Shown here piece by piece: positions 50,290-64,000 of a DNA stretch of 64,000 nucleotides. The position numbers were made by a program, and so were the translations under genes. Origin of the DNA: the human T2T-CHM13v2.0 reference genome, Homo sapiens; assembly GCF_009914755.1 (NCBI RefSeq), contig NC_060930.1. One strand, 5' to 3'. Within the stretch, counting starts at the first letter, position 1; every line of letters starts with the position of its first letter. The notes below the pieces were generated by a model. The model ran no database searches, was not told the DNA's origin, and saw only the letters and a program-made list of their open reading frames with translations.

Positions 50290-50472
50290 GCTGCGCATGG
50301 TGGCACATGCCTGTAGTCCTAGCTATTCAAGAGACTGAGGCAGGAGGATCACTAGAGTCCAGGAATTCAAGGCTGCAGTGAGCTATGATAGCACCACTGC
50401 ACTCCAGCCTTGGCAACAGAGTGAGACGCCTTCTCTAAAAAGTAAATAAATAAATAAAAATATTTTTAAAAA
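50290..50472 (+). mobile_element. FRAM/FAM Alu monomer
   Basis: Right-arm-type monomer; flanking repeat aactcata. Confidence 0.8.
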
Positions 50473-50717
50473 AGTAACTCATAAAACAAGACATAGAAAA
50501 TGCTTTATAATTATGTGTTGCACTAAGTTAGAAATAATAAATTGTATTTTAGATCAAATGAAGGTTGGTTTCATGAAATAGCATTCGTCTATACATAATG
50601 GCGTTAATATATCAAAAACCCTTAATCTAGTGAATAATATGTTGCATTAAGTAAACAAGTCTAGTTTGCAAGTTCAATATGATGGAACAATGTTTTATAT
50701 CAGTTAATATGAGAAGT

Positions 50718-50986
50718 TTGAGAGGCTGAGGCAGGCAGATAGCTTGAGCCCAGGAGTTTGAGACCAACATGGTGAAACTCTCTCTACAAAAAATACAACA
50801 AATTAGCCAGGCATGGTGATGCATGCCTGTAGTTCCAGCTACCCAAGAGGCTGAAGTGGAAGGATTACCTGAACCAGTGCAGTTGAGGCTGCAGTGATCC
50901 AAGGCCACTGCCTTCCAGCCGGGGTGGCAGAGTGAGATCCTGTCTCAAAAAAACCAAAAAAAAAAAAAAAAGAAAAGAAGAAGAAA
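50718..50986 (+). mobile_element. 5'-truncated AluJ
   Basis: gcttgagcccaggagtttgagacc; A-rich tail. Confidence 0.85.
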
Positions 50987-51044
50987 TCATGTGGGAAGTA
51001 TATTTTGTAATATCCTAATAAATAAATCTTTGAGGATTACTGCT

Positions 51045-51366
51045 ATTTTATTTATTTATTTATCTATTTATTCATTCGTTTATTTTGAGATGAAGTCTTG
51101 CGCTGTCACCCAGGCTGGAGTGAAGTGGTGCGATCTTGGCTCACTGCAACCTCTGCCTCCTGGGTTCAAGTGATTCTCTTGCCTCAAGCCTCCCTAGTAG
51201 CTGGGATTACAGGCGTCTGCCACCATGCCTGGCTAATTTTGTATTTTTAGTAGAGATGGGGTTTTGCCACGTTGGCCCACTGGTCTCAAACTGCTGACCT
51301 CAGGTGATCCACCCACCTCGGCCTCCCAAAGTGCTGATATTACAGGCCTGAGCCACCGCGCCCGAC
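51045..51366 (-). mobile_element. AluSx/Sz
   Basis: Antisense dimer with (TTTA)n tail; flanking repeat tactgct. Confidence 0.9.
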
Positions 51367-52584
51367 CCTACTGCTTATTATTTTAACAAGAAGAGATGAT
51401 GATGTGACATAATCATCATAATAAAATGACAACATATAGTGAAAATTCAAGTATTGTGTACTTTCAAACAGTTGATCATTCCATTCCCATACAAGCCATG
51501 GAGTTTGCTACTACTAAGAAGCCTATTTTATATTTAAGTAAACTTAATTGTAATGGGTCATATCACTTGAAGATAGTCAAAGAGCATCCAAGTGACAGAG
51601 CCAGATGTTAGGTTCTGTGTTCTCATTCTCTATATGCTATTTATTTGCATGTAATCCATTACCTTTCATATGCTTTCATAAAATTATTAATTTTGGTGGC
51701 TAAAACATAAATGTTTCAACTTGATTTTTAACCAAACTAGGTATAATTTACATTTATACATACACATAAATGTAAGTAACTAAGTATAAATGAAGATTCC
51801 AAATTTTTATTATATTTTCAACATATAATACTGAAGTAGTGACTATTCCATATATACCATGTGAATACAGATAAACATGGTTAGCATTTAATAAGCATAA
51901 AATATAATTTTAGTTATGAAATTAAAAAGCTTCAGCATTGACATTTTTAAATACTATATTGGAAAGAATGCTTGCCGACGACAAATTTTCAGGAGAGTTT
52001 GATATGTGTAATACAGTGTCTTTCATTAGCTCATCAGCCATTGCTGAAGTCCTAGTATCCTGCTACTTTGACTTTTAGTAAATAGTGTTTATTTAGCTCT
52101 CCATTATAAATAATATGGGGAAAATATGTCATTGTGCACAAAGGAAGTGATAAAACATTATAATCAGTCATGCGTTTTCTATCTCTTGTAATCAGTTAAG
52201 TCATTGAAACAAACTTAAATGTCTCCTTAGATCTCTGTTCTATAACTGAAGTTCCTCTCTTGCTACAGCCTGCTTAGCCCCCTAATTCTGTCTCTAGACC
52301 CAGCCCTCAACTCATAGAGCTTCTCAAATTCCATATTTTGTCTTGGATCATTTAGTTTGCCCTAACATTATACTCTATTGAGCAACGCACACATTAAGCA
52401 GTTAGATGAAACCAACTCCTTTAGAAAACAGTTTTGAGTTATCATTTATTGTTACATAAACTCTTCACGTAGAGCTCTCACTCCTCATACTACATGAATG
52501 ATCATAGTAAATCTGATAAAAACCGGGTCTGAGAGGGAAGAATGGGTTCTGAATCTGAAAATAATGATTTTCTCCATATTGCTA

Positions 52585-53445
<861 letters not shown>

Positions 53446-54317
53446 CCTCTTGTTTCACTTTTTCAGAATTCACACCTGCTCTTTCCTTTGTTTACAGGAT
53501 CCTCCCATGAAAGCCCTTCCAACCCCGCATGCTTTTAAGTCCATTCGTTTTAAGCTTGATTCATCTCTTCTGGAAGGTGTTTCTTAACCTCTTTTGTTAA
53601 GCTTTGCAGACTCTTTTTCCCAGGACAGGTTATGTACTCCTCTCATTTTCCTGTCTTGTGCTCAGACTTTATATATTTTTATGATTCTTGTATAATAATG
53701 ATCTATTTTTAAAAAGTCACTCTCATTTGATTTGAGTTCAGGAGGAATTCATCATTGGTCTTTGCATTCTCAGTGTCTTGCTAGCATGTTGCCTTCTGGA
53801 TGCTTCATACATTTTAACTGACTGAATGATCAGAACTATGTCTTAGTAAGAAAATCTATCATCATTATAGAAGGTACACTAGAGAGAAAATAGAATAAAT
53901 TTAGGGACACTAGTTAGATGGTCACTGTAATGGGAGATAGTGAAATGATAAAATAAGAAGGTGAATGGAGAAATGAAAAGGAGACACCAAAGAGAGAAAG
54001 CTGATTGGAATGGGACAGAGGCAGAAAGACTGATTTGATTATCCTTGACAACTTGGGGAAAGGTTGATCATTGTCCTACACGGAGATGGTTTTGCTAAGG
54101 AAACTGTGAGTCTTCTTTTGGTGGGTTGTATCAGACATATATGTTAGAGCACTGAATTTTTTAGATGTCTAGAAACTATAATTATTCACTTTTAAAACAA
54201 TAATGTGGATTACTATTTTTTTTGTCTTAAAACCTAAAAATTTATCCTTAAGCAGGTTTGAGCTGTAATCCTATGAGTCCATAACAGTAAGAAAAAAAAA
54301 AAAAAAAAACTCAACAG

Positions 54318-54548
54318 TCCAGTCTGGCCAACATGACAAAACCCCATCCCTACTAAAAATACAAAAACTAGCTGGGTGTGGTGGTGCGCACCTGTAGTCC
54401 CAGCTATTCGGGAGGCTGAGGGTGGAGAATCACTTCAACCTGAAAGAAAGAGGTTACAGTGAGCCGAGATCATGCCACTGCACTCCAGCCTGGGCAACAG
54501 AGTGCGACTTTGTCATTAAAAAAAAAAAAGGAAAGAAGGAAAAAAAAA
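54318..54548 (+). mobile_element. 5'-truncated AluS
   Basis: Begins within the left arm (ccagtctggccaacatg); TSD A(n)ctcaacag ends at 54317 and 54557. Confidence 0.88.
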
Positions 54549-54629
54549 TCTCAACAGAGATAAACGTACATCTAATCCTGTTCCTTAGAGAGAAGCAATA
54601 TTTAACCTTTCCCACTAATCTTATATTAG

Positions 54630-54806
<177 letters not shown>

Positions 54807-56707
54807 TAATTTGCCTGAGTCATCAGTAGGGTGTTAACAAGTCTCTTCCTAAGTAAGGCAGAGTCTCATCCTGTTCTGCTTGCTTAGCTGCACCTCAATG
54901 AAAGTAAATTGAAAGGTGTCTTGATTTATATTTCTGCATTTTTATCATTAAAAATATGTCTGGTGAGTCACAAAAATGTACTTTTTCTTAAGCAAAACTA
55001 AGTGAACTGTTGCTTATTATAGTGACCAGGCAGTGCACTTTAAAACATTAACCACTGAATGATTTCTGAAGCAAAATGTGAATTTTTTTCAGAGAAAAAA
55101 ATCTTGAAGATTTCTGAAATCACTTAGTTTGCTTATAACTCTGCTAAACATTGTCCTTATTGATTTTAAATAACAGTGCAATAATTGAAACAGTTAATGG
55201 GCTTTGGTTGAATGAAATTGTTACTAGAGGGATATAATATGTTATAGAAATGAATACAATCAACCCTTTATTCTAAATAGGCTAGGAAAACTAAATACTT
55301 GCTTTTTTCATTTAGTTTTTTTGTGCTCTGTATGTGTGCATCTTGCTACTATATTTTTCACATGGATGCCCTTACTACACAAATAGTGTAGGCTTCAGAT
55401 CTCGAACACCATCATCCTTCTGTTAGAATGCAATTAACAGCAAAGAAGTCAAATGAGGTAATCCATTCAAGGTAGTAGCAAATTCTGACTCTTGAGAGAG
55501 TTTCAAACTTGTATGTACTTCCTCGTATTTAAAACTTTAAAACATAAAAATTGTAAAATGTTCTTTTACTTACCCTGTATTAGAGCAGAAGGCCCCTGCA
55601 AACATGTTGATATTTGTAAAACCCAGAGATACTCACGTGCTTTAAAAGACCAAGAGAGCTAAAAAAAATTTTTTTTAAAGAAAATTCCTCAGGAACTACC
55701 TTTGCCTTGTCAAGCTATATATTTTGGAAGGAGAGAGAAGAGAATGGTAATACACATTTATGATCTTACATGCAGGAGTTTCACAAAGCACTCATCATGT
55801 GATGTTTGTTTATTAGTTAACTGTGATATGTGGCTTTATATCAAGGAAAAATCATTTTGATTTGTTTTTATTCAATGACAAAAGATGAAGGATCAAATAG
55901 GAGGATGACATCATGATATGAGAGAGAACCAAAGCTTCTTGGATGTGTAATTTTATGATCAGAATGTGGACAAGTCCTCACCGTGGCTAGCAAAATCTCC
56001 CTAGAGGATGCCATTTGTGTGTTTTTTGCAGGGCATCGTTCCCCACACTCTGGTTAGCAGGCAGCCTTTTCAGGAAGGTGCCGTGACCAATGAAAATAAA
56101 TTGTTCAGTGGCTCTAGGAGGGACCCAGACCAGATTGCTGCTTAAAACTCACATTCGCCTCAGTGTAAGAAAAGCAGACACGCTTTTCCAAGGATTTGAA
56201 TTCCTTGCCCAATTTATACATCTCTGCTACTCTATAATCCACTTTCTTCAAAGGAATTCCATAGTCGAATGACTTTTAATGATATTTTCAATTTTAAATA
56301 ATCACCTTAAAAATTGTAAGGCAGGTGTTCAGACATATGGCCTGAGTAAAATGATCCAGCAGATCAGATAATTTGTTTAATATTAAGAAAAGAGAGAAAG
56401 AGATTTGAGCAAAGCTGGCTGCACAAAAGTTCTGTAATTGTGCTCACTGCTCCCCATGATGACTGCAGGCACAGAATAAAGCTGGTGATTTCATGACCTC
56501 AGACACAGGCATTGAAACCACAGCAAGGGCACTAAGAATTCTTCCAATGTACATGGGCAGATAATTTCTATCCCTTGGCAATGAAACAGTTGATAATATT
56601 TTATTTTCTTCTCATCCTATAAACCAAGGCTGGGCTCTGCAGAGCACATGAAAATTTAATAATTTCCTTTTTAACAAATAACCTAAAAAAAAACCATAAA
56701 GGGCAAA

Positions 56708-56735
56708 GTTATATAGTTATCGTTATATAGTTATC
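56708..56735. repeat. 14-bp perfect tandem duplication
   Basis: gttatatagttatc twice. Confidence 0.95.
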
Positions 56736-57219
56736 TGTACTGGGTTTTTCCTCTCTTTCGTGTTCAAAGCATTTGAAAAAAGGTGTATTTATACCATTTA
56801 ATTCTTTAGTCGTTGCAACTGCCTCACATTCTTCAGGTAATACAGTGCCAGAAGGAAGCAATGGTAATTGGTAATGGAAAAATGTACAGAAAGATAGAAA
56901 CTCAAAAATGGTACATATGAAACTTCTGATAATACTAAAAGAATGTAAACCATTGTTTTTCTCAATCCATCAGAAAAAAAAAAGCAATTTGAATGTGTCT
57001 ACCCTATGAATGGATCAGTTAGTTTGAGGCTGAGGGAGAAATTTGTGAAAAAGAATCAGGGTTGACATTCTGTGGGCTTTATATATGTGAAAGAAATGTA
57101 TTTATTTCCATGAAATCTTTTGTAAATAAGTGATGGCTTCATAATGGATATTGGTAAGAGGTAATAAAACGTGATAAAACATTAAGGTAAATTTTTGTTA
57201 CCTGATTAGAGTTTAGAAC

Positions 57220-59920
<2,701 letters not shown>

Positions 59921-62278
59921 TCATGTTTTCTTTGTACACATAGAGGTATAGTTAATATATTTTCTTCATTGAAAATTCTATGAAAATCCAACATTATTAT
60001 TAAAATTTCCATTAACATATTTTAATTACAGTGTCCACAAAATCTAAAGAAAAATAAAAATAATCCACCGGAGAAACTTTTAAATGTTATATCATAGTTA
60101 AATTAACAAAATGATGGGAATATAGTATAAAATGATACATAAGATGATAGGAGCAAATAAACATACACATTTCATATAATTATTTCTGCTAATGCTAATG
60201 CATTGAGATATTAGTGTTGAAACTAAATATCCTAAAGCATTTAGCAGTGTGTAACTTCCTGGGTTGATATTTTCCTAGATGTCCTGTTAAGGAAACTGAG
60301 AAAAAATTAGTCTGTAACCTGAAGTGTCTGGTAACGGTTTGAAATTGCCTTTGGGCATCAAATGTGACATGGGTTATTGAATTAAGAGTTTTGACAATTC
60401 CTCATATAGCTTCATTATTCTGTTGTATTATTCTTGGCAATTGTGGTTCCCTTGATCATATATCAAATAGAGAGAAATAAGAACTAACCTCAGCCATCAA
60501 CTGAGTTGAGGTATTTTCAACACAGAAGAGATATGCTATTTGTTCTGAAGTGATTTTTAAGTTGAAAGTATATAGCAGTAGGAAAGAAAGCATATATAAT
60601 ATGGTGATTAATCTATTCATTTCATCACCTGGAAAAACAAAATTTATTAAATTATTTTTTGAATAGTAATACAAAGGGAAGAAAACTTAGTGGTCTTCTG
60701 GATTGTCCGTAAAAACCTATATTTTATTGCATGTGATAAAATTATAAATTACTCAGGCTGAAATTAAATACTTACACTTTTCTTCATATTACTATTTTCA
60801 GATATGTTTCTACCTTCATAATGTATGGGGCACCATTAGTGAATGGTGTGCCTATCTTTAGAAATAAAACAATAAACTTATAGAGCGTGAAGGATAAACC
60901 AAGGGATTATTGTACACTTAAAACAACCCAACTTGTCTTTATTTAACCCTTTGGGACTAGGGATGCAGGTATATCTCTCTCAGATTTCACTATAGTAACA
61001 GAAATTTATACCTAATGTTTGTTTCAGAATGAACACATTTAGAAGCAACTCCTAGAAAGCTGTCATATTTTAATAATTTTGATAGTTGCTTCAGAGATCT
61101 AGATATAACTTGTCAATTTGAAAATTTGTTATATAAAAAAGTCATGTAACAATGTGGCTTATTTAAGCTTTAGGGAATAAAATTGCACTCTTTTGAATGT
61201 AAGAGACAGGAAGGAGATAAAAGTTGTCATATACTGTAGACTATAGGGAACAAATCCTTAAAACCAGATGCAAGTGCAATGTGGAATAATGTACTGTTCC
61301 AACAATGTCAGTTTTATTTCTTCTGTAACAAAATGAATAATTCATTTAGAAAGATATCAGATATTTGGATTCTTTTGCTCAATAAAACCAATGCTTGTAT
61401 CAAAATTTGCTTTTCTGACCTCATATGTAAAAAGATGGTATGCAGAGAAATATGCTGTAATCTTTTTTTATTTGAAAAAATAACTCTTCCTCTTTAGTCT
61501 TCTTCATGAGATAAAAATATATGAGCAATTACTATTAAACAAAGACTACCTATAATAATTGATTTAAGACAAAATTTAACAAATATTATGATGATAATAT
61601 ATTGGGTTCATTTTTTAAATTTTGATTTTCTTACTGTAAAATTTATATATCTGAGAAAATTTCAATTAACTATTACTAAACTAATTAGAAAAAATTTTTA
61701 TTTCCCAACTATCAAAGCAGATTTTTGCCTTATGATGCAGGGAAAGATATTCGACCTATTATTAATAATTAAATGTAATGTAACTCTTTCCCAAATCTAG
61801 AAATGAACCAACCAGTTGGAATTTGGTCAGTCACAATCTCTCTTCTCTTGTTTTCCTTCATAATTCATGAATTAAACTGATTATTTCCTCATTTCTTAAA
61901 TTCATTTTTCTTTGTTTTATTTTCTGTTTCCTTTTACTACCCCTAAAGTGAGGAAAACAGTTCATGAACCTTTCTTATTCTCTGTCTCCATTCTTTTTCT
62001 TGAAAATGCCATTTGCTGACATAAACTATCATCTTTACACATATGTCTACCAGATTTATGTCTTCAGTCTTGACCTTGTTGCTAAGTTAATGTGTCACAT
62101 CTCCAACTTCCTGCTGGTGTCAGGTCAATTCTATTGTCACCTTAAATTCAAAATGTCCAAAATGATTTATTATCATCCCCAAAGAATCCAACTTCTTTAA
62201 TTCACTTTCTACTAAGAGAAGAAAAAAGAGATAAAACCAAAATTTATTTTGAAAAAATGAATAAAAAAGGAAAAAGAA

Positions 62279-62618
<340 letters not shown>

Positions 62619-63299
62619 TGACCATGAGATAAAGCAAGAAATATATGTTTGTATAATGTATCTATTACTTGTTTGTGTGTGTATATTGTAAACTTTAGAT
62701 ACCAACAAGTTGAAAACAACAGAGATCTGTTAAAGTAATGACTACTCAAAAAAAGCTATATTCGAAAAAGATGAGCTAACTTTGTAAACATGCTATACCC
62801 TGGGTGCATTTGTTGTTTCTGGTTGGGGCAGGAGGCTAAGTATTCAGGCTTTACACCCTGTTGAATGCTATTTTTTGACAAATGTATAAATCAGCATAGC
62901 TTTGAGGGAGGTGGTCTAGTGCACATAGGCAATTTTTCTGTTAAGGCATTAGGCAAATTCTGTACCAGGCTAAAAATATAAATGGAAAAACTCTGTAAAT
63001 GCATAATGAAAATTTTTCGGCAGTCATGCCAAATTAGTTTGAAGACAGGGAAGGACTCTATAGAATAAACTAGACTTTCATGTGAAAAGATCTGAAGAAC
63101 AAGCCAGGGGCAAACCAAATACAGACTGAAGATTACCAGAACTAAATCCAGGCTCAACTCAGCACAATTCTTGATTGAAATAAACTGATTACCCATCACT
63201 TTATCTCTCTAGTTGAGAGAAAAGAGAAACATCTTAGGATAAAGACACCATTATATTAGACATTTACAGTTTATTTATGTGCATGACATCAGGCAATTG

Positions 63300-64000
63300 A
63301 AAATTATTACAGATGCTAAAAGAAAGAATGTAATGATTGAAAGAGAAGAAGAAGATACACAATTGAAATAGACCAAGAGATGATTCAGATATTTTAATTA
63401 TCTGGTAAAGATTTTTAAAAACACATAAACAATATATTAGAGAAAATAAACGGGAAAACTGGAACTAATACATTGAAAGAGAGATAATTTAGCCCCAGAG
63501 AACTGGAATTTATGTAAAGAATCAAATGGAAATTCTAAGACTTAAAAATATAATATCTAGAAGTAAGAACTCATTAAGTAGGTTTAATAGTAGATTTAAA
63601 AGAATAGAAGAGAGGATTAAGGAACTTGAGAAATAATTGATTAACATTCTCCAAACTAAAGCACAGGAAAGGGTTAAAAATACCAAAAAAAAAAAAAAAA
63701 GAGAGAGAGAGAAAAGAATGTCAAAAACATATGGGTTCAACAAAAGATTCAATATGCACATTATTGAATTACCAGGATAAAAAAACAGAATTGGATAGAA
63801 GCAATATCTGAAGTGAAGATGACAGAGAATTTTCCAAAATTAATTAGTAACATCAACCCACAGATTCAAGAATACTTTCATATTTCAAGTGTAATCGAGA
63901 AAACCAGATTTAGGTATAGATGAACAGAAACATTAAAAATCTAAATCAAAGAGAAGATTATAAGAGGTGCCAAAGATAAAAGACCCAAAGGAACAGCAAA
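63300..64000 (+). mobile_element. Old L1M ORF1-region remnant (runs off the window)
   Basis: aatcaaatggaaattcta...aactcatta...atagtagatt...agaagagaggatta...gaacttga; atcaacccacagattcaagaa. Confidence 0.75.

Overview
Primate (most likely human) genomic DNA, AT-rich and repeat-dense. It lies inside the large neuronal gene NKAIN2 (TCBA1) on the + strand. The only host coding sequence I can support is one 81-nt, phase 0/0 exon at 54714-54794 ([27 protein letters not shown], probably exon 3). The rest is intron containing THE1, MER21, LTR8, MER61, LTR16/ERVL, MLT1, MER1B, about 16 Alus/monomers and several L1s. There are no prokaryotic-type systems. Four structures stand out. (1) An essentially full-length L1PA3/PA4 (42263-48447, minus strand) has its first ~390 nt inverted by twin priming, so its sense promoter, +97 splice donor and antisense promoter all face the NKAIN2 exon 6.3 kb downstream, and ORF0 is stopped at the junction. 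(2) A second, older-tailed L1 (57220-59774) shares about eight non-consensus variants with the first, suggesting ectopic gene conversion; the two copies form a ~2.5-kb direct repeat around the exon. (3) A micro duplication with an inverted templated insert lies at 16177-16362. (4) A sense THE1 LTR has a DUX4-type motif, an altered poly(A) signal and a strong splice donor. Repeat subfamily calls come from recalled consensus sequences, not from a search.
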